A stretch of DNA of 59,614 nucleotides from Deltaproteobacteria bacterium (GTDB lineage: Bacteria; Desulfobacterota; Desulfobulbia; Desulfobulbales; SURF-16). Made by a program: the position numbers and the translations under genes. Location: assembly GCA_029933005.1 (NCBI GenBank), contig JAOZOY010000008.1, positions 1 through 59,614 of the forward strand, written 5' to 3'. Of this stretch, positions 1-9,644 are shown piece after piece; the stretch's first letter is position 1, and every line of letters begins with the position of its first letter. Under the pieces are notes generated by a model. It did not search any database and had not been told where the DNA came from. It saw nothing but the letters and a program-made list of their open reading frames with translations.

Positions 1-10
1 GTTAAGCTTT

Positions 11-57
11 GACTTCGATCCAGGATGGAGTGTAGGGTTGGTTTCTGGATCGAAGTC
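11..57. repeat. Inverted repeat/hairpin downstream of the USP gene (possible terminator or repeat remnant)
   Basis: gacttcgatccag ... ctggatcgaagtc, perfect 13-bp stem. Confidence 0.5.
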
Positions 58-83
58 GGTCTATACCCTGTTTTTAAGGGGTG

Positions 84-1040
84 TTAGTCAGCGGCATTGG
101 CCAAGACAATAGTCTGATTACCGCAATAATGGATAATTTTTCTGGAAACACTGCCCATGAATAGTTCTTTCAGTGCTGTCCGGTCACGCCGACCCATAAA
201 AATAATATCAATTTCCTGTGTTTTGACCTCTTGAACCAGGGTGTCGGCGGGATCACCACAACAGGAAATCTGCATGATTTTACCCTCTGCCAGACCCTGT
301 TCTTTTATGAGAACAGCCGCCTTGTCAAGAAGGTCATCAGAGGGGTCTTTCGGCACTTTTCCTCCGGCCAGTGCTTCGGTGCATTCTGCAATATCAAGAA
401 CATGAATCAGAACGACCTTTTCGATTGTTTCGGCGCAGCCGGAAATGAGTATGGCTGCCTCCTCAAGGGTTGCCTGACTGTTTTTCGACTCGTCCAAAGC
501 GATAAGAAAACGTTTTGGTAAATTGTCAATTGTTGATATTTTGCCGGGCGTGAGATAGATGGAGCTGTTAATTTCACGGTGGAGAATTCCGGATGAGACA
601 CTTCCGACGAAAAGTTCTTCAACCCTGGAGAGATCCCTGCGTTGCAGTACCAGGGTTGAAAAATTTTTTTCATTGGCCGTTTGCGCAATGCTTGTGACGG
701 GATCTCCGTCTTTGATCATGATCTCAACGGGTGCCTCTATTCCGGCCTGTTCAAGTTCCTTTTTGACTCTTTCCAGAACAGGTTTGACGTCCTTGGAAAT
801 ATGATCAGCACGGATATTCTGAAACTGTTTCGATGAAATAATGTTTTGTACACGAAAGTCAACGTTGGTCATATGTTGACTGAGATATTTTCCGGCAATG
901 ACGTAAAGCAGGGTGATTTTATCAATACGCTGCTTCACAATGTTGTTTAAACGGCCAATCAGCGTGACAGGCGTGGCCCAGGAAGCATTGATGTCCAGCG
1001 GGAGCAGGAAACTGGTCAATGGTTTTTTTTGTATAGTCAT
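84..1040 (-). CDS. Universal stress protein, tandem USP domains
   Basis: Two USP motifs (GDP...LVLQRR...LFVGSVS; GDP...IFMGRR...LFMGSVS); start moved to MTIQKKP at 1040, preceded by AAGGAG. Confidence 0.85.
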   Translation of the reverse strand: MTIQKKPLTSFLLPLDINASWATPVTLIGRLNNIVKQRIDKITLLYVIAGKYLSQHMTNVDFRVQNIISSKQFQNIRADHISKDVKPVLERVKKELEQAGIEAPVEIMIKDGDPVTSIAQTANEKNFSTLVLQRRDLSRVEELFVGSVSSGILHREINSSIYLTPGKISTIDNLPKRFLIALDESKNSQATLEEAAILISGCAETIEKVVLIHVLDIAECTEALAGGKVPKDPSDDLLDKAAVLIKEQGLAEGKIMQISCCGDPADTLVQEVKTQEIDIIFMGRRDRTALKELFMGSVSRKIIHYCGNQTIVLANAAD

Positions 1041-1062
1041 AAAGCAACTCCTTTTTATTTTC

Positions 1063-2862
1063 TCAATAGGCCAGCAACAACCATACATTGGCAATGGCCA
1101 CACTGATTATCATAAACGGAAAGGCTACCTTCATGAAACCAATAAATTTCATTGGATAGCCTGCGGATTCGGCGATACCGATGGTGACCACGTTGGCGCT
1201 GGCGCCGATCATAGTTCCATTGCCGCCAAAACAGGCGCCAAAGGCAAGAGCCCACCATAATACGCCGTTCTCTGCCCCTGGTATGACCTGGGTCAGATAG
1301 GCGACAATGGGTAGCATGGTGGCGGTAAACGGGATATTATCGACAAAGGCGCTCATTATGGCTGAAACCCAGAGAATGAGGCAGATCGAGGTGGTCAGGT
1401 TGCCATGGGAAAGACTCAGAACCTGGTCGGCGACAATGTCCAGCAGTCCGCTTTCCTCAACGCCCCCCACCAGCATGAACAGGAACATGAAAAAAAGCAG
1501 GGTTGTCCATTCAATATCTTTTTCGATCAATTCCAGCAGGTCAATTTTTTTTGTCAGCAGGCCATAGGTGAAGAGAAGGGAGGCCCCGAACAGGGCGGCA
1601 ATGGAAACTTCCATGTGCAGAATTCCATGGGTAAGAAACATAGCGACAACCATGGACATGATGATCAGACCTACTACCAAAAGATTTTTGTCCGTGATCT
1701 GGTATTCGTCCCGTAATTTGGCAATAAAGGCTTGAATATCCTCCACATGGGCCTTTTTGTATTCCCGGCCATAGGCCAGTTTGGTGTAGACAAACAGGAC
1801 AAGCATAGTGACAACGCAGACCGGCGCAAGGTTTACAACAAAATCCATAAAGGTCAAGCCGGCATAGGAGCCGATCATAATGTTTGGAGGATCGCCTATC
1901 AACGTGGCAGTGCCGCCGATATTGGAGGCAAGAATTTCCGGGATCAACAGGGCAATGGGCGAGATGCCAAGCGAGACGGCGATTTCGATTGACACCGGGG
2001 TCAGCAGCAGCATGGTGGTCACGTTGTCGAGAAAAGCAGAAGCCACAGCCGTAAAAGCCATGAGGATAATGGCAAGAATAATAATATTGCCACGGGCCAG
2101 CTGATAACATTTATAGGCGCACCACTGGAACACGCCGGTATGTTTCAGAATGCCGACAATAATCATCATGCCCATGAGCAGAAAGATAACATTCATGTCA
2201 ATGGCATTGATGGCGCTCTCGTAAGAGAGAATGTGGTACTCCGGGTTAAATGTACCCAGGGTATAGCTGACCACGAGCATGATTGAGGCACCGAGCATGG
2301 CGGCCAGGGTCCGGTGCAGCAGTTCAAAGGAGATTAACACATAAGCCAGGATAAAAACAATTGTAGCAATCCAGAAGGCCGGGCCGGAACGGCGTTTAAT
2401 TTCAATATTGCTGGTATCGGCAATAAACCCTGAGTCGTTTCTGGTCAGGTCTGCGCCGGCTAACGCCATCTTTTTTTTGGCGTAACTGGGTTTATAGGCC
2501 TCAATCTCTATGGATGCATTGTCGAGGATTCCTTTGGGCACGGTAAAAATTGCCTGGAAGCTGCCATCCGAAGTTGTTCTGAGGCCGGCTGCGCCATGGC
2601 CATGACCGGTATGGGGTGGTTCAAGTTTTTCACCATTTATCAGGACCGTGATTTCGGCCTCCGGCACACTGGCGCCATGGGAATTGACAATTTTGCCGAA
2701 TAGACTGAGATGTTCGGTTTGTTCATCTGCGATGCCTTGATGAGCATCTGAGTGATTTTCAGCCCCGGCGGCAAGTGGAATGAGAAGAGCCGTCCAGAAA
2801 ACCGCCAGGATACAGAGCAGTCTTCGCGCGGCTAAAAAATTTGTCTTATTTAAATATCGCAT
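1063..2862 (-). CDS. ArsB/NhaD (IT superfamily, CitMHS-like) transporter with N-terminal exported domain
   Basis: SAFLDNVTT, ASNIGGTATLIGDPPNIMI, SAFVDNIPF and GGNGTMIGASANV motifs; signal-peptide-like N-terminus plus a ~120-aa soluble domain. Confidence 0.85.
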   Translation of the reverse strand: MRYLNKTNFLAARRLLCILAVFWTALLIPLAAGAENHSDAHQGIADEQTEHLSLFGKIVNSHGASVPEAEITVLINGEKLEPPHTGHGHGAAGLRTTSDGSFQAIFTVPKGILDNASIEIEAYKPSYAKKKMALAGADLTRNDSGFIADTSNIEIKRRSGPAFWIATIVFILAYVLISFELLHRTLAAMLGASIMLVVSYTLGTFNPEYHILSYESAINAIDMNVIFLLMGMMIIVGILKHTGVFQWCAYKCYQLARGNIIILAIILMAFTAVASAFLDNVTTMLLLTPVSIEIAVSLGISPIALLIPEILASNIGGTATLIGDPPNIMIGSYAGLTFMDFVVNLAPVCVVTMLVLFVYTKLAYGREYKKAHVEDIQAFIAKLRDEYQITDKNLLVVGLIIMSMVVAMFLTHGILHMEVSIAALFGASLLFTYGLLTKKIDLLELIEKDIEWTTLLFFMFLFMLVGGVEESGLLDIVADQVLSLSHGNLTTSICLILWVSAIMSAFVDNIPFTATMLPIVAYLTQVIPGAENGVLWWALAFGACFGGNGTMIGASANVVTIGIAESAGYPMKFIGFMKVAFPFMIISVAIANVWLLLAY

Positions 2863-2892
2863 GGTAACTTTTCTCTCTCTCTTTTTTTACAG

Positions 2893-2934
2893 TTCAGGGA
2901 GAGATGCTGTTTGTGACAGACATTTCTCCCTGAA
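2893..2934. terminator. Intergenic hairpin between the two transporter genes
   Basis: ttcagggagagatg...catttctccctgaa inverted repeat; no clear U-tract on the minus strand. Confidence 0.4.
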
Positions 2935-2943
2935 TGATTATGG

Positions 2944-4920
2944 TTAATAGAACAGGTAGAGCATGCCGATTAATACCACAAGGAACAGAATTGTCATTCC
3001 CGTGCCGGCCCGGGCATAATCCACCGTTCGGTAGCCTCCTGGACGCATGATCAGGGCGTTTACCTGATGAGTGGGCAGGACAAAGGTATTGGAGGCGGCC
3101 AGAGCCACCACCATGGCAGTGATCCTGGGGTCGGAGCCAATCTTTACTGCCATTGACATACAGAGAGGTACCAGCAGTACCGTGGCCCCGACATTGGAAA
3201 CCACCAGGGTGAAAAATGAGGTCAGAAGACCGACAACCAGTAAGAAAACGATATTGGGTACATTGCCAATGGCATTCATGATTGTCGTGGCGATGTATTC
3301 CGCTGCCCCGGTTTTCTGAAAGGCAAGTCCCAGGGGGATAAGGCCGGCCAGGAGAAATACCGTCATCCAGTCAACCGACTCATAGGCCTCATCCACACTG
3401 AGAACCTTGGTAAGAATCATGCCCAGGGCCCCGGTGAGAAGACAGACGGAAAGCGAGAGTTTCATGTCCGGAAAACCCAGCATGGCCATGATCGGAGTAA
3501 AGCCCATGACAAGGGTCAGGGCAACACCAAGCCAGAAAACAGCTATTTTTGCCTTATCCTCACGCATGATTTCCCCTTTAACATCCGTGGTAAAGGAAAA
3601 TGTTTTTTTGGTTTTCAGCCAGTGAAAGACTCGCCAGGAGCCAAACATCAGGATGGCATCACCTGATTTGAGCTTATGGTCGGAGATATTTTTAAAAAGA
3701 CAATAGCCGCCGGAACAGATGGTAATGGGGTTGACTTCGAAGGATTCCTTGAATTGAATCTCGCTCATTTTTTTACCAACCAGCTCGGAACGTTCGGTGA
3801 TAATGCCTTCCATCATCCCGGAGTTGTTTGGGGAGAGATCCTCGCCAAAGACATCCGGATCACCCTTAAAGGTGTAGCCCATTTCTGCGGCAAATTTTTT
3901 GACGCTTTCACGGCTCAGGGCCACAACCGCAAAGGTGTCGCCTTGTTCCAGGCGATCGGTTTTGCGTGGGGCCAGGGTCTTGGCCTTTGTCCTGGCATGA
4001 TTGATGGCAATGATTGTGATTTGGTATTTTTCCTGGAAACCAAGTTCCTGCAGGGTGCTGGGGTCATTATGTTCGGCCGGCACTTCAAGTTCATAGAGAT
4101 TATCAATCATCTGGTAGGTATCGGCAATAGACTGGGGAACCAGGCTGCTGTCATCCCCGTCATCCGCTGACTTGGTAGGCAGAATAAACCGGCCGACAAC
4201 AATAAAATAGATAATAGCGCTTGCAACCAGGGCTACGCCAATGGGAGTCTGGGTAAAGAGACCCAGGGGTTCGATTTTTTCCGGCATAAAACCCAGGGTA
4301 TTGGCCTGATCAATAAGGTCGTTGAGCAGGATTGTGGGACTGGCGCCAACCAGGGTGATGGTGCCGCCGATGATGGCACAGAAGCCCATGGGCATCAGGA
4401 TACGTGATATTGGAATACCGGTCTGCTTGCCGATCCTGATTGCCGCCGGCATAAAGAGGGCGGCCGCGCCGATATTCTGCATGAAGCTGGAAATAAAGGC
4501 GACAGTTGCAGAAATCAGGGTAACGATACGGCCTTCGGCTTTTCCTGCTATTTTCAAGATGTTACGGGCCAGGACATTCATACTGCCTGTTTTGTCCAGG
4601 CCGGCCCCGATGATAATTACAGCAATAATCGAAACAACGGCATTACTGGACAGGCCGCTGATGGCCTCAGCCGGGGTCACGACACCCAGGATAGGCAAAA
4701 TAACCATCATGATAATGCCAACGACGTCCACCCGGACAAATTCAAAAATAAAAAGCAGGATGGCCAAGACAAGGACGACCATGACAATAGCAATCTGAGG
4801 GGTGAAAACCACCGTGCTGGCAGCCTTCTCCGCAGCCGCCCAGGCCGCGCCGGATATCAGTAATAAACATCCCCCCGTGACCCCCATTGTTAGAAACAAG
4901 CGAACTAAGATTCTGTTCAT
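2944..4920 (-). CDS. SLC13/DASS family permease with TrkA-C domains (candidate Na+/sulfate or dicarboxylate symporter)
   Basis: SSFMQNIGA, GGTITLVGASPTIL, VSNVGA and LPTHQVNALI motifs; central soluble region; start MNRILV at 4920 with GAGGAGG RBS. Confidence 0.85.
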   Translation of the reverse strand: MNRILVRLFLTMGVTGGCLLLISGAAWAAAEKAASTVVFTPQIAIVMVVLVLAILLFIFEFVRVDVVGIIMMVILPILGVVTPAEAISGLSSNAVVSIIAVIIIGAGLDKTGSMNVLARNILKIAGKAEGRIVTLISATVAFISSFMQNIGAAALFMPAAIRIGKQTGIPISRILMPMGFCAIIGGTITLVGASPTILLNDLIDQANTLGFMPEKIEPLGLFTQTPIGVALVASAIIYFIVVGRFILPTKSADDGDDSSLVPQSIADTYQMIDNLYELEVPAEHNDPSTLQELGFQEKYQITIIAINHARTKAKTLAPRKTDRLEQGDTFAVVALSRESVKKFAAEMGYTFKGDPDVFGEDLSPNNSGMMEGIITERSELVGKKMSEIQFKESFEVNPITICSGGYCLFKNISDHKLKSGDAILMFGSWRVFHWLKTKKTFSFTTDVKGEIMREDKAKIAVFWLGVALTLVMGFTPIMAMLGFPDMKLSLSVCLLTGALGMILTKVLSVDEAYESVDWMTVFLLAGLIPLGLAFQKTGAAEYIATTIMNAIGNVPNIVFLLVVGLLTSFFTLVVSNVGATVLLVPLCMSMAVKIGSDPRITAMVVALAASNTFVLPTHQVNALIMRPGGYRTVDYARAGTGMTILFLVVLIGMLYLFY

Positions 4921-4996
4921 GATAACGCCTCCTCTTGAGTAGAAAAAATATTTAACAAGTTGTCTTGCCGTTTGTTTTTTGTAACCGTTTACGTTT

Positions 4997-5668
4997 TTAT
5001 TTCTTGGTGGCGCGGGATTCTGCCGGGATAGTGAGCAGCAGGTTATGATTGCCGGAATCAGGAGAAATAATGCCGCCGAGCGCAGATAGAATTGCCTTTT
5101 CCCCCTCGCTGTCCGGAAAGGAGTGACTTTCATTCAAAGAGAGCCCGGCAAGGGAAATGGTGATTCTGTCAGCGCTCTGCTGCCACGAAATGGTGATTTT
5201 TTTTTCATTATCCGTCATTGGCGCTGCATATTCAAGGCAACGGCCGACAAGATCGAGGAACAGAAACGGTGATGTCTCAAGTTTGAGTTCCGGGCCGGCG
5301 TCATCAACTTCAACAGTGACCTCGTGGGACGCGACAATACGGGCAGTGATCGCAGCAGCCAGTTTCAGCAGAGGGCCGATGACGACATTTTTGTCGGCTG
5401 CTGAATCAAAGCTGTGGGCAAACCTGTTCAGGTTGCCCACAATAGTCTCGGTACGCTGGACCTGGCTGCTGATTCGTGATGAGAGTGTGAGAAGTTTTGC
5501 CGGGTCGATGTCTATTCCCTGTTCCGCCATCAGGACGAAATCTTCCAATAATCCACTGTTTTCATTAATAATTGCCAGAGAATTATTTAATTCGTGGGAG
5601 ATTGAGGCCGTTATATTGCTAAAAAATGTAAGTCCCTCCGGTCCGGCAGCATCCCAATTAATATTCAT
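4997..5668 (-). CDS. HisKA-domain protein with degenerate ATPase domain (sensor-less kinase-like/phosphotransferase)
   Basis: H-box ASISHELNNSLAII; no recognisable N or G1 box; start MNINWD at 5668. Confidence 0.7.
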   Translation of the reverse strand: MNINWDAAGPEGLTFFSNITASISHELNNSLAIINENSGLLEDFVLMAEQGIDIDPAKLLTLSSRISSQVQRTETIVGNLNRFAHSFDSAADKNVVIGPLLKLAAAITARIVASHEVTVEVDDAGPELKLETSPFLFLDLVGRCLEYAAPMTDNEKKITISWQQSADRITISLAGLSLNESHSFPDSEGEKAILSALGGIISPDSGNHNLLLTIPAESRATKK

Positions 5669-5686
5669 GTTGTATCCTTTTTTGTA

Positions 5687-5717
5687 AGCCATGAGCCATG
5701 AGCCATGAGCCATGAGC
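5687..5717. repeat. Heptamer tandem repeat (AGCCATG)x4
   Basis: agccatg agccatg agccatg agccatg agc, intergenic. Confidence 0.9.
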
Positions 5718-5739
5718 TAAACCCCATCAATGCAGCCGG

Positions 5740-6096
5740 CTAGTTCTGTATCTCTTTCATCTTTTCAATCAAAACGTCGATTTTGATTGGTTTAGCCAGG
5801 TAAAATTCCTTGCCGCTTTGGGCTGCCCCGGCATCATAATCGGCGCTTGAACCATGGCCGGTGCAGAAGATAATTTTTTGTTCCGGCTTGATTTCATGAA
5901 TTTTTTCTCCCAGTTTTATACCGCTGATGCCCGGCATTTTAATGTCAAGAACTGCTACGTCATACTGCCGGCTGCGGATTTTTTTCAGGGCTTTTTCTCC
6001 ATCAGTCACCCAGTCGGCCTCAATACCGCGAAAGGCCAGCCTTTCAGCTAGAGTGGAAACGAACTCCTGTTCGTCATCTACTAATAAAACATGCAT
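5740..6096 (-). CDS. Single-domain response regulator (CheY-like)
   Basis: LLVDDE, VLDIKMPG, CTGHGS, LAKP. Confidence 0.9.
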   Translation of the reverse strand: MHVLLVDDEQEFVSTLAERLAFRGIEADWVTDGEKALKKIRSRQYDVAVLDIKMPGISGIKLGEKIHEIKPEQKIIFCTGHGSSADYDAGAAQSGKEFYLAKPIKIDVLIEKMKEIQN

Positions 6097-6113
6097 GTTT
6101 CTATGCTCCCTGG

Positions 6114-7841
6114 TTAAAGTTTAACAGGTAAGGTAATGGTAAAAGTTGTGCCGACGCCCACGGTACTTTCAACATCTATGCTGCTTTTTATATCATGGAT
6201 CAGGCCATGGCAAATGGCCAGGCCAAGGCCGGTGCCCCCTGTTTTACTTTTTGTCGTAAAGAAAGGATCAAAAATATGTTTGAGGTTTTCCGGTGAAATA
6301 CCGCAGCCGTCATCCTTGATTTTTATGGAGATCGTCTGCGTTTTTGTGCCCGCCGTTCCCTTGATCTCCAGGTGACCTCCTTCGTCCATGGCATGGAAGG
6401 CGTTAGTCGTCAGGTTTAATAAGATTTGCTGGAGTTTGCCGCGATCCGTGACGATCCGAGGCATGTTTTTATCGAGATCGATATCAATGCTGATATTTTT
6501 ATATTCTGCCTCTTTTTTTACAAAACCAATGACATCATGTATGACTTGAGCTGGTTCGCACTCTTCTACCGAGCTATCCATCTTTCTGGAAAAACCAAGA
6601 AGGCGGTGGGTGATGGTTCCGGCCCGTTCAACCGCGGTAATGATGGAGTCTACCGTATCCATGAGTCTTTTGTCGTTTTTGTATTCTTCAACAAAGGTAA
6701 AGAGATCCTGCAACAGCCCGGCCTTTTCATTAATGATGGCAAGGGGGTTGTTCACCTCGTGGGCAACACCTGCGGCCAGCCGGCCGATGGAACTGAGTTT
6801 ATCTGTTTGTTCCAGTTGTTCCATATAGTTGTTGCGCTGCATATCCCCTAGATAGAGCCGGTCAATGGCATAGCTGACAAAGGCAATAATAAATAATAGT
6901 AACATCACGGCGGCTGGAGTCATAATGTACATAATTTGAGATGTTGTGCGACTCATGAGCCGGAGGAATTGGGATTCGGTTATGACCACTCCCACTGTAA
7001 AGGTCGTGCCGTTGAGATGGGAGGCCCCGACAATCAAAAATTTATTTTTGCTTATAAATAAAGATTTGTCCGTGATTTGTCCGGAGTCAGGCAGGTGTTC
7101 CATGAAGGGATACGGAACCTTTTTGCCGGGATTGCCAAAATATTTTGATCTGGTTAAGAGCCGTCTTTTGCTGTCAGACAGAAAGACATCCTGAATATCG
7201 GCAAGACGGAACTTGCCAAGAAGATCAGCAAGTAGCAGATTATTTAAAGTGCCGCGCAGTATGAAGGGTTCTCCTTCGGCATTTTCGATATATCTGCCGA
7301 TATAAAGATGTGGGTTGTGTTTATTTCCGCATAGGGAAATACTGGTAAAGGCTTTTCTTTTTTTTACATTTTCGAGCCAATGGTTCAGATCGTTTCCGAG
7401 ACAGGACAGATGTATGCCGGAGGTGGAGGCCAGTATTCTTCCCTCTTCGTCCAGTACATCCAGCTCAACGAAACCCATGTAATTTTTTTCGAACTCCTGA
7501 AAGATAAGCTGTAATGTTTTCTGATTGGTAAGTTCCTTCCGGCTGTACAGCGTGGATATATAGCCCAGGTTGTTTATGTAGCCCTCGAAAAAAAGATTCA
7601 ATTCAAGAGCGGCATCCTCACTGTTTATTTTTGTCTCCTCATTCAGCTCATTGAGAATCTCTTCGGAGCTCATCTGGTAAAAAACAGCGGTTAAAATGCC
7701 AAGAGGAATAAAGGTCAGTGCGGAGATAAACAGGATGAGCATCATCCATTTACGACGATAGACGTAAATCTCTGTTTCCGTATTCCATCCCTTTTCCCTG
7801 TGATTCCAGAATGCCGGAGTTATCTTTTGTATGAATGGCAT
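6114..7841 (-). CDS. Membrane sensor histidine kinase (Cache-like extracytoplasmic region)
   Basis: Two TM segments; AAGVAHEVNNPL, LLNLTTNA, DDGCGI, FDPFFTTK, GTGLGL. Confidence 0.9.
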   Translation of the reverse strand: MPFIQKITPAFWNHREKGWNTETEIYVYRRKWMMLILFISALTFIPLGILTAVFYQMSSEEILNELNEETKINSEDAALELNLFFEGYINNLGYISTLYSRKELTNQKTLQLIFQEFEKNYMGFVELDVLDEEGRILASTSGIHLSCLGNDLNHWLENVKKRKAFTSISLCGNKHNPHLYIGRYIENAEGEPFILRGTLNNLLLADLLGKFRLADIQDVFLSDSKRRLLTRSKYFGNPGKKVPYPFMEHLPDSGQITDKSLFISKNKFLIVGASHLNGTTFTVGVVITESQFLRLMSRTTSQIMYIMTPAAVMLLLFIIAFVSYAIDRLYLGDMQRNNYMEQLEQTDKLSSIGRLAAGVAHEVNNPLAIINEKAGLLQDLFTFVEEYKNDKRLMDTVDSIITAVERAGTITHRLLGFSRKMDSSVEECEPAQVIHDVIGFVKKEAEYKNISIDIDLDKNMPRIVTDRGKLQQILLNLTTNAFHAMDEGGHLEIKGTAGTKTQTISIKIKDDGCGISPENLKHIFDPFFTTKSKTGGTGLGLAICHGLIHDIKSSIDVESTVGVGTTFTITLPVKL

Positions 7842-7875
7842 GGCTGCCCTTGGGCGCTATGTAACTCATTTTTTG

Positions 7876-8069
7876 GTAATTGTTCAGGAGCACCCCATCT
7901 TGTCTCATTTCGGAGTTTCGCATACTCGCTTACCTGGCCTTCTCGATAAGCACTAGTATGCTTCGAAGTCCCAAATGAACCAGGTAAGCATAGACTCCGA
8001 TATGGAGTATTCCTGAACAGTTACGGAAAAGTGGTTAAGTCAATTTTGTGGCTCTACCTGAATAGTTAC
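7876..8069. mobile_element. Non-autonomous GTAA-end element, subfamily A
   Basis: Ends gtaattgttcagg / cctgaatagttac; internal ctgaacagttac ending 8024; flanked by 8-bp direct repeat attttttg (7868-7875, 8070-8077); homologous to 45961-46160. Confidence 0.85.
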
Positions 8070-8108
8070 ATTTTTTGTTGATGTTAATAGATGTCGCTGC
8101 GAGACTTT

Positions 8109-8201
8109 GTAAATATTCGCCTTGATTTCCTCCTTAGCCAGTCCCTCTCACTCGAGGGAGAGGGACTGGCTAAGGAGGGCGTTGATAAGCCGAATATTTA
8201 C
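8109..8201. repeat. GTAA-end hairpin element (two-motif form)
   Basis: gtaaatattcg...cgaatatttac ends around a perfect 20-bp stem ctccttagccagtccctctc/gagagggactggctaaggag; no TSD seen. Confidence 0.75.
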
Positions 8202-8251
8202 GCTAAGTTGGCGCAATTTAGCGAATTTCCGTTCCTTGGATTTTAATCCCT

Positions 8252-9517
8252 TCAGTCAGAGATTTTTTCTTTCAAGTTTGTATATTTCTTTGATTTCGAT
8301 AGCGTTGTGGCTTTTTTGTTGGCCTCTTTAATAACTTCGCTTAACTTCATTATGTTGACCGGTTTGCGAAGGTAGGCAAAAGCACCCATTTTCATACATT
8401 CTTTTTTGTCATCCTCATTGCCGTGCCCTGTCAAGATGATAACTTCAACGTCAGGGGTGGATTCCTTTACCCGTTTAAGTACCTCAAATCCGTCAACGCC
8501 CGGCATCTTCAGGTCAAGAACCATAACGTCGGGTTGATCCTGTTCAATCAGATTGATGGCCGAGGAGCCGTCGTGTACCACGGCCGTTCCCATGTCCCGC
8601 AGGGTCAGACGCTCGGACAGAGTTTTGACAAAGTCCTGTTCATCGTCAACAAGGAGAACCTTTGACGGCATTTCAAAATCATGTTTTCTGTAGACATCGG
8701 CTCGATGAAATTCCTTGCTAAGGCCTATCTCCAGTTCAGACACACCGTCCACCTGTTCGACAATGGATTGCAACTCGGCTTTGAGACGGTTCAGTCGGGA
8801 GACATTTTTATTGATAATAATATTCACTTTGCTGTTAATGGCAGCTACCGTGACATCATGCCCTTTCTTGGCCAGGGCAACTTCCACCATTGCCTGCAGA
8901 TTAAAATCTTCCACCGCCTGCCTGGATGCGGAAGAGGCCTGGAAAATATCCTTGTCCAGATAGCTGATAATGAGATCAGCAGCGTCCTGGACCGATTCTT
9001 TATTCATAGGAATGATCAAATCGTAATCGGCGCTGTTAAAAGCCTGCTTGATGTGGCAATATCTGGCAAGCCATTGGGCCCTTTCTTCATCAAGTTTTTT
9101 AATCCTTTTTTCAGCCTCCTTGCTGGAGCCGATCCCTTGCTCTAACGCTGAGGCAATTCGGTATTGCATATCGGCAATAAGACCAATCCTGAAAAAATGA
9201 GTGATTTCTCTAGGGATAAGCTGGCTTGAGTAACCTGTCAGGATGAGATCACGACCGGCGGCAACAAGCAGCATCTTTGAGAGGACAAGTTTGATATGAG
9301 CAAGGGCGTATTGCTTTTCGTGGGTGAATTTTTCAAAGACCGAGGTCTTGAGGTCCAAGGCCCGTTGTACTTTGGCCTCTTCCATGCCGGCAAGCAGGGC
9401 CGCTTCGGATATAATCTGACTGCTGGGTGTATGCCTGAATTTTGTTTTGCTGATTAATTCGTTAATGACCTCATCTTCCCTGCAGTAGTCAGCACTGAAT
9501 AATGTAATGATTGCCAT
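8252..9517 (-). CDS. Cytidylate-kinase-like / BON-like / receiver domain response regulator
   Basis: N-terminal CMK-like region (..R..Y...YDLII); C-terminal REC (VLLVDDE, VLDLKMPG, LTGHG, LRKP). Confidence 0.75.
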   Translation of the reverse strand: MAIITLFSADYCREDEVINELISKTKFRHTPSSQIISEAALLAGMEEAKVQRALDLKTSVFEKFTHEKQYALAHIKLVLSKMLLVAAGRDLILTGYSSQLIPREITHFFRIGLIADMQYRIASALEQGIGSSKEAEKRIKKLDEERAQWLARYCHIKQAFNSADYDLIIPMNKESVQDAADLIISYLDKDIFQASSASRQAVEDFNLQAMVEVALAKKGHDVTVAAINSKVNIIINKNVSRLNRLKAELQSIVEQVDGVSELEIGLSKEFHRADVYRKHDFEMPSKVLLVDDEQDFVKTLSERLTLRDMGTAVVHDGSSAINLIEQDQPDVMVLDLKMPGVDGFEVLKRVKESTPDVEVIILTGHGNEDDKKECMKMGAFAYLRKPVNIMKLSEVIKEANKKATTLSKSKKYTNLKEKISD

Positions 9518-9644
9518 TTTTTTCTCCTTTCTCTATGTGAAAGTCTATGTCAGAGCGCCGACGGTTGATAAGCTGAAGCTCGGACTTTTATTATTTGTTG
9601 ATAACCGGAAGGACTATGAATGACTGGTTGTTTTGTCCCTTCTT

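Noticed and set aside
4921-5133. N-terminal extensions in the ORF track (also at 1103, 5713, 21058, 33239, 40062, 45179, 58586)
   Set aside because: Most overlap neighbouring genes or repeats; downstream starts fit RBS positions or family lengths better.
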